NCBI GenBank assembly: GCA_963788195.1
Contig: CAWBGA010000001.1
Location: 128,001-192,000, forward strand
Origin: Nitrospirota bacterium
GTDB taxonomy: Bacteria > Nitrospirota > Nitrospiria > Nitrospirales > NS-4
Length of the DNA stretch: 64,000 bases
Direction of reading: 5' to 3'
The notes below the pieces were generated by a model that saw only the letters and a list, made by a program, of their open reading frames with translations, had not been told where the DNA came from and searched no databases. Position numbers and translations under genes: made by a program. How positions within the stretch are numbered: position 1 is the first letter of the stretch; every line of letters begins with the position of its first letter. This document shows, piece by piece, positions 43,396-53,452 of the stretch.

Positions 43396-44304
43396 TCGGG
43401 GTAGGGTCCCTAGGGCAGCATCATGCCCGGGTGTACGCGGCGTTGCCCGACGCCACGCTCGTTGCCGTTGTGGATACGGAAGCCTCGCGCGCACGCGACA
43501 TCGCCCTCAAGCACGGCTGCTCCTGGTTCCCACACGTTGAGGATCTGTTCGGCCGCGTGGATGCCGTCAGCATCGCCGTCCCCACGCCGTTGCATCATCG
43601 CATCGCGAAGGCATGCCTCGGAGCCGGCCTTCACGTCTTGGTCGAAAAGCCTATGACGGAAAGCCTCGAAGAAGCGGAAGATCTCGTGGCTTCAGCCGCA
43701 GCGAAAAAGTTGATCCTCCAGGTCGGACACATCGAGCGGTTCAACTCAGCCCTGCGGGCAAGCCTGGGAACAATCAAGGCCCCTCGGCTGATCGAATGCC
43801 GTCGATGGGCGCCGTTCACGCCGCGTGGAGCGGACGTCGATGTCGTCCTCGACTTGATGATCCACGATCTCGACATTGTGCTTTCGCTGCTCGGCGCCCG
43901 CGTGCGACACATCGAGGCTCAGGGGATATCACTGGTATCCCGGACTTCCGACGTCGCTCACGCGCGCGTTCTGTTTGATACCGGCTGTGTGGCAACTTTC
44001 AGCGCGAGCCGCGTGGCGGAGGGGAAGGTCAGGGATTTGCGCTTTTACGAACCTGAGAGCTTTTTATTCGTTGATCTTCTCGCGCAAACCGCGAGAATCG
44101 GCCGGCGAGTGCTTGGTCCTGGGGGGACCTCCGAGATCCTGACGGAACTGATCGCGGGGGACGACCAGGAACCGCTCAAGCTTGAGCTGCAGGGGTTCCT
44201 GGACTCGGTGAGACACGGCACCGCTCCCCTTGTGTCGGGAGCACAGGGACTGGCTGCGCTCCGATTAGCCCACGAGGATCATGTCGTGTATCGGCCGGGC
44301 GTGA
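43370..44304 (+). CDS. Gfo/Idh/MocA oxidoreductase (GnnA-like), apparent extra bases near 43392 and 44276
   Basis: MHQVRIGV+IGVGSLGQHHAR, VLVEKP, QVGHIERFN and DLMIHDLD. A TGA at 44302-44304 in the +1 frame overlaps the lpxB start. Confidence 0.85.
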
Positions 44305-45516
44305 CGACAGTGACACAGAAAAAACGGATCCTGATCATTACGGGCGAGGCATCCGGCGATCTCCATGGAGCGCACCTGGGCCAGGCCTTGAAGACGCTCG
44401 ATCCGAGTCTGTCGATTTTGGGCGTGGGCGGGGCGCGCATGCGGGCCGCGGGCATCCAGTTATTGGATGGCATTCCGCAGTTGGACGTGATCGGGCTTAT
44501 CGGGCCGGGCGCCGTACGAGTGTTGACGGCGCGAATACTGGCCATCCGACGTTTTCTCCGCACCGAGTCCTTGGATCTCGTTGTGCTGATCGATCAGCCG
44601 GGGTTGAATTTTCATTTTGCCCGGGTGGCCAAGCGCGCGGGGTGCCGGGTGGTCTATTACATCACGCCTCAGTTGTGGGCGTGGCGGCCACATCGTATGC
44701 AATGGATGCAGCGACGCGTGGACCATGCCATCGTGATCCTGCCTTTCGAGGAGGAGCTCTATCGGCAGGCGGGCGTTCCTTGCACCTTTGTCGGGCACCC
44801 GCTCCTGGATGACATGGCGGCATCGTATGATCGCGATCAGATCCGGGCCGCGTATAGCCTGCAGCCCAATGAGCGTGTCCTTGGATTGCTGCCCGGAAGT
44901 CGAATGGGTGAGGTTCAGGCTCTCCTCCCGCTCATGCTTGCGGCGGCGCATGATCTTGTCCGGGACATAGGGGCATTCCGCGTTATCCTTGCGGTCGCCG
45001 AGACCGTGAACCGCGATGAGATCAAGCGTATGTGCGATGATTGCGGGGATGGACGTGCGACAGATCACCGGAGATCCGAACGGCGTCATGGCGGCCTCAG
45101 ATCTCTTATTTGTCGCGTCGGGCACTGCGACCTTGCAAGCCGCCATTATCGGGACGCCTCTGATTATCGTGTATAAGATGCCGAGGATGGGGTACAAGAT
45201 CGCACGGATATTAACGCGCACGTCGGCGTCGCTCGCAGCCCGTCGTATCTGTTGGCCGGATATGCCGGCGATCGATTGCATCGGGCTTCCCAACCTCATC
45301 GCGGGCCGTCCCTTTATTCCGGAGCTGATTCAGACTCAGGCGACCCCGAAGGCTCTTGCGGCACACGCTCGCCGTATTCTGGCCGACGAGGCGTATAGGA
45401 AAGACATGCTGGCCGGGATGGCCATGGTCCGCGCACGTCTTGGCCCTCCCGGAGCATCGAAACGCGCTGCCGTCGTGATCCTTGATGTCCTTGCATCTCC
45501 TAAGGCCGGAGGCTGA
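44301..45516 (+). CDS. lpxB: Lipid-A-disaccharide synthase, apparent frameshift near 45046
   Basis: GEASGDLHG, ID.PG.N, YYI.PQLWAWR, VGHPL and LLPGSR. ASGTATL and IGLPNLIAG are in the +1 frame. Confidence 0.92.
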
Positions 45517-47264
45517 TGCACTCCTATCTGCGCCTCCTGGTCTACATGCGGCCGTACTGGGGCCGCTTGATGGCGGCTGCCCTGTGCTCAGCCGTCGTCG
45601 CTGCATTGACGGGAACCTATGCATGGTTAGTCAGGCCGGCTCTGGATGAAGTCTTCATTAATAAGAACGCCACCTGGCTTATGGTTCTCCCGGTGGCGCT
45701 CATCCTGGTCTCGGTGCTCAAGGGACTGGCCGGGTACGGGCAGACGTATCTGATGATCTACGTCGGCAGCCGGGTGGTCACGGATATCCGCCAGCAGCTC
45801 TTTAGCCACTTAATGCGGCTGCCGATCAACTTTCATCTTAAGAATCCATCGAGCCGGATGATGTCTCGCGTCATCAATGATGTGAACTGGATTCAAAACG
45901 CCGTCTCCGGCGTCCTGAAAGACCTTTTCCAGCAGAGTCTGACATTCGTGGTCCTCATGGGGGTGATCTTCTACCAGCATTGGCAGTTGTCGCTCCTGGC
46001 GGTGGTGGTCATACCCTTGTCGGTCTATCCGATGATACGCTTTGGGAACCGGCTTCGCCGAATCGCCACCACCGGCCAGGAGCGGACCGCGGATATGGCA
46101 ATGGCCCTGCAGGAGACGCTGACCGGTATTCGTATCGTCAAGGGGTTTACGCGAGAAACCGCGGAATCTGAGCGGTTCGCCCGCTTCAATGAAGGGTATT
46201 TTCGCACCAACATGAAATCGACGCAGGTGTCCGCCATTACCTCTCCGGTGCTCGAAGCGGTGGGCGTGATGGGGATTGCGGTCATTATATGGTACGGGGG
46301 ATCTCAAGTGATCCACGGCGTAATGACACCCGGGACGTTTTTTTCGTTTCTGACCGCGGTCTTTTTAATGTATGGCCCCATTAAGCGTCTCGCTGCCGCG
46401 AACAACACGATTCAACAGGCACTCTCGGCGGCCGAACGGGTCTTCAGCGTGATCGATGCGCCGACGGAAGCGGCGTTGGATACCGGCGTGCGAGACTTCA
46501 ACGGGGTGCAAACGGCCATCGAACTTAGAAGCGTGACGTTCCAATACGACGGGACAGAGATGCCTGCGCTCAATGAGGTCACCCTCAACATCCGAGCCGG
46601 TGAGCTTCTGGCCCTCGTGGGAAGCAGTGGAGCGGGGAAGACTTCGCTTGTCAATCTCATTCCCCGCTTCTACGAGCCGACCTGCGGCGCGATATTGATT
46701 GACGGTGTGGATTTGCGCGAGATCCGTTTACCGGCCTTGCGCCGCCGTATCGGGATTGTTTCACAGGAGACGCTGCTGTTCGATGACACCGTGCAGAACA
46801 ACATTGCATACGGCACTGACGACGCCGCCATCGACGCCGTCGTGAAGGCCGCCCAAGCGGCTTTTGCTCATGACTTTATCATGCGGCTCCCGAGCGGATA
46901 TGACACCGTCATCGGGGAAAACGGCGTGAAGCTGTCCGGCGGGGAGCGGCAGCGGCTGGCCATAGCGCGCGCGTTGTTGCGTAACCCTCCAATCCTCATC
47001 CTGGATGAGGCCACATCTTCCCTGGACACAGAATCCGAGCGCATGGTGCAGATGGCCTTGGCCAATCTGATGCAGGGCCGCACGACCTTGGTCATTGCCC
47101 ACCGGCTGTCGACCGTTCAACGGGCTGATCGCATCGTGGTGTTGGAGCGGGGGCGCGTGATCCAAACCGGCCGGCACGAAACCCTTCTCGCCACCGACGG
47201 CACCTACAAACGGTTGTATCAGATGCAGTTTCTCAATGACGTGGCGGGAGAATCTGCGCAATGA
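45516..47264 (+). CDS. msbA: Lipid A export ABC transporter MsbA
   Basis: ABC TM domain plus NBD (GSSGAGKT, LSGGERQR, LDEATS) in the lipid A operon. Confidence 0.9.
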   Translation: MHSYLRLLVYMRPYWGRLMAAALCSAVVAALTGTYAWLVRPALDEVFINKNATWLMVLPVALILVSVLKGLAGYGQTYLMIYVGSRVVTDIRQQLFSHLMRLPINFHLKNPSSRMMSRVINDVNWIQNAVSGVLKDLFQQSLTFVVLMGVIFYQHWQLSLLAVVVIPLSVYPMIRFGNRLRRIATTGQERTADMAMALQETLTGIRIVKGFTRETAESERFARFNEGYFRTNMKSTQVSAITSPVLEAVGVMGIAVIIWYGGSQVIHGVMTPGTFFSFLTAVFLMYGPIKRLAAANNTIQQALSAAERVFSVIDAPTEAALDTGVRDFNGVQTAIELRSVTFQYDGTEMPALNEVTLNIRAGELLALVGSSGAGKTSLVNLIPRFYEPTCGAILIDGVDLREIRLPALRRRIGIVSQETLLFDDTVQNNIAYGTDDAAIDAVVKAAQAAFAHDFIMRLPSGYDTVIGENGVKLSGGERQRLAIARALLRNPPILILDEATSSLDTESERMVQMALANLMQGRTTLVIAHRLSTVQRADRIVVLERGRVIQTGRHETLLATDGTYKRLYQMQFLNDVAGESAQ

Positions 47265-47875
47265 ACCTTCTCGGCAGGCTTCGGATGTGGGTGTTGCCGG
47301 CATTGGGGTATGCGGTCATTCGATCGCTCGGTGCGACGTTGCGTCTGCGGACGATGAATTCGGAAAGTGTGGATGTGCGATGGAGGGAGGGCAAGAATAT
47401 CATCATGTCCTTCTGGCATGGCCGCCAAGTCATGATTCCGTTTGCGTATAAGGGGCCACGCGTGGCAATTTTAATCAGTGCGCACCGTGACGGCGAACTG
47501 ATCGCGCGGATCCTTGGCTGGTTCGGTTTCGGAGCGGTCCGAGGGTCAACGACTCGAGGTGGGAGCCGGGCCCTCCGGCAGTTGGTCCGTGCCGGCCGGG
47601 GCGGGGCGGATCTTGTGGTCACGCCTGATGGGCCGCGAGGGCCTCGCTGTCACGCCCAGGCGGGAGTCATCGAACTTGCGAAGCTGACGGGCCTCCCGAT
47701 CTTTCCGATCACCTTTGCCGCTTCAAAAAAAAAATCTTTGGAAGTTGGGATCGGTTTGAAGTGCCGCTGCCGTTTAGTGACGGCTGCTTCGTCTGGGGCA
47801 GGCCGATATGGGTTTCGAGCGCGGCCGACAGAGATCAGATCGAGGCGAAGCGCATGGAGCTCGAAACCGCGCTGA
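47261..47875 (+). CDS. DUF374 / lysophospholipid acyltransferase-like protein; conserved C-terminus in the -1 frame after an A10 run
   Basis: FWHGR, LIS.HRDGE.IA, VRGSTTRGG and TPDGPRGP. SWDRFEVPLPF appears only in the -1 frame after 47725-47734. Confidence 0.85.
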   Translation: MNLLGRLRMWVLPALGYAVIRSLGATLRLRTMNSESVDVRWREGKNIIMSFWHGRQVMIPFAYKGPRVAILISAHRDGELIARILGWFGFGAVRGSTTRGGSRALRQLVRAGRGGADLVVTPDGPRGPRCHAQAGVIELAKLTGLPIFPITFAASKKKSLEVGIGLKCRCRLVTAASSGAGRYGFRARPTEIRSRRSAWSSKPR

Positions 47876-47955
47876 ATGCGTTGTCCGACGACGCGGACCG
47901 CCTTGTTTCCGCCGCGCAGGGACCGGGGCGACCCTTTGACCTTCTCGGCCATCTC

Positions 47956-49239
47956 ATGTTCGGCGCCTACAATATCGCCTTGGCCATTGCGTCGCCGGTC
48001 GTTCTCGGGATTCTCTTGGCAAAGCAGCGCTGCCGCCGGGGCCTCGTGCGACGTCTGGGATTTTTGCCGAAAAGCATTGCCCAGGAGGGCCGGCATGGAC
48101 CCACCATGTGGGTGCACGCGGTTTCCATGGGCGAAGTCAATGCGGTGGTGCCGCTTGTCCAGGAACTCAAGCTCCGCGCTCCGCATTGTCACATCGTTGT
48201 CTCTACCGTGACGGAGACAGGCAAGGAGACCGTCACGCAGCGTCTCGAAGGGCTTGCGCAACACCTCTACTTCCCGCTGGATTTCCCCTTCAGCGTACGA
48301 AAGGTCATGGCGATGATCCGCCCGAGTATCATTCTGATCGTCGAGACCGAGCTGTGGCCGAACTTTTTGAAGACGGCGGCGATCCGCGGGATTCCTTGTG
48401 TGCTGGTCAACGGCCGGCTGTCGAGCGACTCATTCGCAGGCTACATGAGGCTGCGGCCCTTTTTCTCACGAATAGTGAAATGTTTCTCACTTTGTCTCAT
48501 GCAGAGTGATCGCGATGTGGAGCGCGTCGTGGCGCTCGGGGCGGACCCCGAACGTGTCGTGCGCATCGGGAATCTCAAGTTCGATCAAAAACCGCTCACG
48601 CTCTCGGCGCGCCTCATCCGGCTCGGTCTTGAGGCTCATGAAGAATTGTTCGTGGCAGGCAGTACCCATCCCCAGGAGGAGGAAGCGGTGCTGGCATGCT
48701 ATCGTCAGTTGCTTGATATCGCCCCCGGCTTGGTCCTTCTTCTGGCTCCGCGCCATATCGAACGGGCACAAGCGCTGGAGTCGACGATTCGCGCACGAGG
48801 GTTCGCGGTCGTGAGAAGAACGTCGCTCGATCGGCAGCCGGGAGCGGTGAAAGGTGCACGCGTCATTCTCCTGGACACGCGAGGTGAATTGGCCGCGTTG
48901 TACACTCAGGCTGCGCTTGTGTTTGTGGGAGGCAGTCTTGTCCCGATTGGTGGCCACAGCCCCCTCGAGCCGGCATCTGCGGGAAAGGCGGTCGTTTTCG
49001 GCCCGCACATGGACCACTTTGCCGAGGTCGCCGAGTTATTAGTGTCGCAAGGAGGCGCGATTCAGATTCAGGACAGTCAAGAAATGGCGGTGATATTAGG
49101 AGGGCTTCTGAAGGATCGAGCACGCCTAAAACAGATGGGGCGGGCGGCCGAGCAGATCGTGCGATCGCAGCAGGGAACGGTGGCGAGGACGACGGAGTTG
49201 ATCGCGGAGTTGCTGGAGAGGTTACCACGGTCGCGATGA
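47956..49239 (+). CDS. waaA: Kdo transferase
   Basis: WVHAVSMGEV, PLD, ETELWPN, GNLKFD, GSTH..EE, APRH and GGH.PLEP. Own ATG at 47956. The frame is open upstream to the A10 run. Confidence 0.95.
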   Translation: MFGAYNIALAIASPVVLGILLAKQRCRRGLVRRLGFLPKSIAQEGRHGPTMWVHAVSMGEVNAVVPLVQELKLRAPHCHIVVSTVTETGKETVTQRLEGLAQHLYFPLDFPFSVRKVMAMIRPSIILIVETELWPNFLKTAAIRGIPCVLVNGRLSSDSFAGYMRLRPFFSRIVKCFSLCLMQSDRDVERVVALGADPERVVRIGNLKFDQKPLTLSARLIRLGLEAHEELFVAGSTHPQEEEAVLACYRQLLDIAPGLVLLLAPRHIERAQALESTIRARGFAVVRRTSLDRQPGAVKGARVILLDTRGELAALYTQAALVFVGGSLVPIGGHSPLEPASAGKAVVFGPHMDHFAEVAELLVSQGGAIQIQDSQEMAVILGGLLKDRARLKQMGRAAEQIVRSQQGTVARTTELIAELLERLPRSR

Positions 49240-50351
49240 GCGAGTCTCGAATCACCTCGTTCTTGTCACATCAGTATCTTCGTTTAACACTGCCCGATTC
49301 CCGAACGTCTTTGGACTGGGCCCTCGCACCACTGGTGCCGCTCTCGCATCTCTATGGGCTGGGCATGTTCGTGAGGGAACGGTTGTATGGAATGGGTTTG
49401 CTGCGGCAACGCGCGCTAGCGGCCACCGTGATCAGCATTGGAAACCTTACAGTCGGGGGAACAGGCAAAACTCCCGTCGTGATCGCGTTGGCCAATGCCC
49501 TGCGACAGAAAGGCCGACGAGTAGGCGTTGCCAGCCGTGGCTATGGGCGATCGACCACGTCGGGTGTTGTGGAGGTTTCGAATGGGGCCGTACTTCGCCA
49601 GAGCCCTGCCGAGACGGGCGATGAGCCGTTACTCATTGCCGAGCGGTGCCCCGGTGTGCCGGTGACGGTGGGTGCCGACCGGTATGCTGCCGGTCGGTAT
49701 TTACTGGATCGGTGCGGCGTTGATACGCTCATTCTGGATGACGCATTTCAGCATCTGGCATTGAAACGCGATGTCGATATTTTGCTTCTCGATGCCACAG
49801 CTCCCTTCGGCAACGGCTATGTGCTTCCGAGGGGAAGGCTCAGAGAGTGGCCGTCTGCGCTTGCGCGCGCCTCGCTGATCATGGTGACCCGCGCACGCCA
49901 GGCAGCGGATTTACATGACGTCTTGACGCGCATTGGTCGATTGGCTCCAGAAACGCCACTGTGTGTGACAGACTTCACTCCGAGTTGCTTATTAAAGATC
50001 GGGATTGCCGAAAGCCAGTCACCCGCCGTGTTGAAGGGAGAGCGCGTCTTGTTGCTCAGCGCAATCGGCAATCCAGATTCCTTTCGAACCCTCGTTGAGG
50101 GCCTTGGGGCCATGGTGGTTGATCACTGCATCTTTGCGGATCACCATTCCTATACCGCGCAAGATGTCCAAGAGGTCGGCACGGTCGCGGCCAAGCTTCG
50201 CGCAAATCGCATTGTCACGACTGAGAAGGACGCAGTGAAGTTGCGGTTTCTGCGGGAAGTCACGGACCAGATGGAAGTGTGGGCGGTTCGGGTCGATGTG
50301 GATTGGTTAGAGGGAGAGGCGAAGTGGGCCCGTCTCGTTTTGCAGAACTAA
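49236..50351 (+). CDS. lpxK: Tetraacyldisaccharide 4'-kinase
   Basis: [28 protein letters not shown] and TTEKDAVK. Confidence 0.96.
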   Translation: MSESRITSFLSHQYLRLTLPDSRTSLDWALAPLVPLSHLYGLGMFVRERLYGMGLLRQRALAATVISIGNLTVGGTGKTPVVIALANALRQKGRRVGVASRGYGRSTTSGVVEVSNGAVLRQSPAETGDEPLLIAERCPGVPVTVGADRYAAGRYLLDRCGVDTLILDDAFQHLALKRDVDILLLDATAPFGNGYVLPRGRLREWPSALARASLIMVTRARQAADLHDVLTRIGRLAPETPLCVTDFTPSCLLKIGIAESQSPAVLKGERVLLLSAIGNPDSFRTLVEGLGAMVVDHCIFADHHSYTAQDVQEVGTVAAKLRANRIVTTEKDAVKLRFLREVTDQMEVWAVRVDVDWLEGEAKWARLVLQN

Positions 50352-52039
50352 CGCGTCCCGGCGCGGTCAAGCGACTGTTGGTACGCGGGACGAATTGGCT
50401 TGGTGATGGCGTACTCATGACGCCTGCGCTCTTTGCGCTTCGGCAGGGATTTCCTCAAGCCCGCATCGTTCTGCTCGCTAAGCCGCCGGTCGCTGAACTT
50501 CTTCAGGGTCATCCCAGCATCGACGAGACTATCCTGTATCGCAATCCCGGTATGCATGCCGGAATCGGGGGGAAGTGGCGGTTGGCCAAGTCCCTCAGAG
50601 CGCGTCAATTTGACCTTGCAGTCCTTTTTCAGAATGCTTTTGAGGCCGCCCTCCTCACGGCGGTCGCAGGGGTTCCACGCCGCTACGGCTATCCGACCGA
50701 TGCACGATGGTTGCTGCTTACAGATCGTGTGGTTCAGACCGCAAACGTTCGCAGAAGACATCAAGTAGAGTACTATCTTGAATTGCTGCGCCCGATGGGT
50801 TTTCCAATTCTTCCCCAGGCTCCTGCGCTCTATACAACCGCGCAGGAGGATCGCGATGCCACCGCGCGGCTCGAATCTCTCGGCGCCTCACGAGGACAGC
50901 CGATTATTGGACTAAACCCGGGATCGACGTATGGCACTGCAAAGCGGTGGCTCCCGCAACGGTATGCGGAAGTGGTTGAGCGCCTTGCGAGGGAACACAA
51001 CGCCCATGTGCTCATCTTCGGAGGACGAGGAGAAGAGCCGCTGGGGGATGATATAGCCAGGATGTTGACCGTTCCCCATACTGTCCTCTCCGGCAGGACG
51101 ACCGTGCGGGAATTAATGGCTCTTCTCAAACAGTGCCGTTTGCTTCTGACGAACGACGCCGGCCCGATGCATATCGCCGGGGCGTTGGGTGTGCCGGTTG
51201 TAGCGGTCTTTGGGCCGACCAACCCCCAAACCACCGGCCCCTTCGGAACCGACTATGAACTGGTCCGGCAACCGGTGGAGTGCTCGCCGTGCCTGCTTCG
51301 GGAATGTCCGATCGATCATCGCTGCATGCTCAAGATTCAGTCTCAAGAGGTATACGAGGCGGCGGTGCGGCAGCTAAGCGCTCGGGGCGAATGCACTGCA
51401 GGCGGATCTCTTCCTGTCAGGGGAAAAGGGGAGTTGCCCGCGCCTGTGGTCTTTCTGGATCGCGACGGCACCCTGAACTGGGACCCGGGCTACCTGAACG
51501 ATCCGGCGGAAATGCGGCTTCTGCCTGGTGTCGGACCGGCGGTCGCTCGATTGAATCGTGCAGGGTTCAAGGTCGTCTTGGTCACAAACCAATCGGGGGT
51601 TGGCAGAGGCATCATCACGGTAGAGGCATTAGATGCCATTCACCAAAGGCTTCTCGAATTGCTCGCCGAATCCGGCGCGTGGCTGGACGGCATCTACGCG
51701 TGCTTGCACAGGCCGGACGAGGGCTGCAGCTGTCGTAAGCCTGCTTCCGGGTTGGTGGCGCAAGCCCGCCGAGAACTCAATCTGGGCGCCGGGCAGTCCT
51801 TTGTCATCGGAGATCGGGCTATCGATATCGCCCTGGCGCGCAATATTGGCGGCCGAGGCGTCTTTGTCTTGAGCGGCTACCGTCCTGAAGACCAGGAGGC
51901 CAGCATGGCGGCGCATGGCATGGTGGCGGATTACACTGCCCACGATTTGGCGGAAGCGGTAGACTGGGTGCTGAAAACGTCTGCCGACCCTACTTCATGG
52001 GAAGGGTGCTCCCTGCCAAGGATGGGCCATGCCGACTGA
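50324..52039 (+). CDS. waaF: Heptosyltransferase II fused to D,D-heptose-1,7-bisphosphate phosphatase (WaaF-GmhB)
   Basis: GT9 part: NWLGD, NPGSTYG.AKRW, NDAGPMH. HAD part: FLDRDGTLN, TNQSGV, C.H......C.CRKP and IGD. Confidence 0.88.
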   Translation: MGPSRFAELTRPGAVKRLLVRGTNWLGDGVLMTPALFALRQGFPQARIVLLAKPPVAELLQGHPSIDETILYRNPGMHAGIGGKWRLAKSLRARQFDLAVLFQNAFEAALLTAVAGVPRRYGYPTDARWLLLTDRVVQTANVRRRHQVEYYLELLRPMGFPILPQAPALYTTAQEDRDATARLESLGASRGQPIIGLNPGSTYGTAKRWLPQRYAEVVERLAREHNAHVLIFGGRGEEPLGDDIARMLTVPHTVLSGRTTVRELMALLKQCRLLLTNDAGPMHIAGALGVPVVAVFGPTNPQTTGPFGTDYELVRQPVECSPCLLRECPIDHRCMLKIQSQEVYEAAVRQLSARGECTAGGSLPVRGKGELPAPVVFLDRDGTLNWDPGYLNDPAEMRLLPGVGPAVARLNRAGFKVVLVTNQSGVGRGIITVEALDAIHQRLLELLAESGAWLDGIYACLHRPDEGCSCRKPASGLVAQARRELNLGAGQSFVIGDRAIDIALARNIGGRGVFVLSGYRPEDQEASMAAHGMVADYTAHDLAEAVDWVLKTSADPTSWEGCSLPRMGHAD

Positions 52040-53090
52040 TTTTCGCCGCATTCTCCTGATTAAACCGAGTTCGCTCGGCGACATTGTGCATGCGCTGCCT
52101 ACCGCCGTAGCGTTAAAGCGCCGCTTCCCGTCGGCCTCACTCACTTGGCTTGTGAAGAAACAGTGGGCCGGCGTTTTGGAGGGTAGTCCTGCCCTCCACC
52201 GTATCCTTGCCGTAAATCTATCACTCGGGGGCTGGCCTGCGGCGATTCGAGCGGTCCGGGCAGGTCAGTTTGATCTCGTCGTCGATCTTCAAGGACTCTT
52301 TCGAAGCGCTGTCTTAGGATGGCTTTCTGGCGCGCCGGTGCGCGTCGGCTTCGCCAACGCACGCGAAGGGAGCCCCTGGTTTTACACTCAAAAAGTCGCC
52401 ATTGTCGATCCTGAGATGCACGCGGTTGATCGCTATCTCCTGATTCCTCGCTCCCTCGGCGGCGCCCCACCCCTAATTGGAGCGCTGGATTTTCCACTGG
52501 CCGTCGATTCCGGAGCGGACAAAAAGGTGAGCGAAATGTTGCTCTCTGCCGGGGCGATCGCAGGGTCCCCGTTGGTGGCGATCAATGCCGGCGCCCGATG
52601 GCCGACCAAGCACTGGCCGTCGCGTGCATTCGCCGAGGTAGCCGATCAGTTGCAGGACGAGGGTATGCAGGTGGTAGTGATTGGAAGCGTGGCCGAGAGT
52701 CATCCAGCCGGCACAGTGGTGGGTCACATGCGGACATCGGCGATCAATCTCGTGGGGAAAACCACCATCAAAGAGCTCATTGCATTACTACGACGCGTGC
52801 GCCTTCTGATCACGAATGATTCGGGTCCCATGCATTTGGCGGCTGCTCTCGGGACGCCTGTTATCGCCCTCTTTGGGCCTACCGATCCTGGCCGCACCGG
52901 ACCGTACGGTCTGGGGCATCGGGTTCTTCGTAGCGGAATCCCATGTAGCCCTTGTTTTAGTCGACGGTGCGTAAACCCGAAGACACTGGAGTGCTTGACC
53001 TCCATTAGCCCCGGCCAGGTATTCCAGCAGGCGCTGCAGGTTCTCCGTGAGTCAGGTGATGCTAGCGTCGAGGCTCTTAAAGCACGATGA
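52029..53090 (+). CDS. waaC: Heptosyltransferase (GT9, WaaC-like)
   Basis: IKPSSLGDIVH.LP, DLQGL.RS, NDSGPMHLA and FGPT. Confidence 0.75.
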   Translation: MPTDFRRILLIKPSSLGDIVHALPTAVALKRRFPSASLTWLVKKQWAGVLEGSPALHRILAVNLSLGGWPAAIRAVRAGQFDLVVDLQGLFRSAVLGWLSGAPVRVGFANAREGSPWFYTQKVAIVDPEMHAVDRYLLIPRSLGGAPPLIGALDFPLAVDSGADKKVSEMLLSAGAIAGSPLVAINAGARWPTKHWPSRAFAEVADQLQDEGMQVVVIGSVAESHPAGTVVGHMRTSAINLVGKTTIKELIALLRRVRLLITNDSGPMHLAAALGTPVIALFGPTDPGRTGPYGLGHRVLRSGIPCSPCFSRRCVNPKTLECLTSISPGQVFQQALQVLRESGDASVEALKAR

Positions 53091-53117
53091 AACGCATGAG
53101 CTCGGCGATCAGCAGAG

Positions 53118-53404
53118 TAATCATCGGGCCTTCGGGCATGCAAGGGGGACAGGCAACTTTTTCGGAACTAAGGATTGTTTGGGCTCTGGCATGAAATAAC
53201 TGAAAAAGTAGCCTGTCCCCTTTTTCCAGGACCAATTGGCCAGGGGAAAAGGACCCCGTCTTGGCGGGGGCCAGGGTTGGGTGGGTGCCAGAGGAAAAGG
53301 ACCCCGTCTTGGCGGGGCCAGGGTTGGGTGGGTGCAAATGAAGATGCAGAGGAAACAGCAGAGAAACTTCCCCGGCGGCCTTAAATAATCATCAGGCCTT
53401 CGGG
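53118..53404. repeat. Composite intergenic repeat element (flanking direct repeats, inverted repeat, tandem duplication)
   Basis: Direct repeat TAATCATC(G/A)GGCCTTCGGG at 53118-53136 and 53386-53404. Inverted repeat GGGGACAGGC(A/T)ACTTTTTC at 53145-53163 and 53202-53220. Tandem 48/47-bp units at 53239-53286 and 53287-53333. Confidence 0.85.
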
Positions 53405-53452
53405 TCGAGCAAGCTTTGCTTGGCGGGCGGGTGCAATATACGGAGGGGTGCG

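Noticed and set aside
43392..45176. Apparent 594-aa oxidoreductase-LpxB fusion in the ORF track
   Set aside because: Removing one G near 44276 gives ...HEIMSCIGRA* with the TGA overlapping the lpxB GTG. It lies in the densest cluster of extra-base errors.
38084..45516. Pseudogenisation of bamA, lpxI and lpxB
   Set aside because: Only single-base insertions with intact motifs in normally essential genes, which is better explained by sequencing error.
53239..53333. Possible CRISPR mini-array
   Set aside because: Two directly adjacent 47-48 bp units with no spacers and no cas genes.
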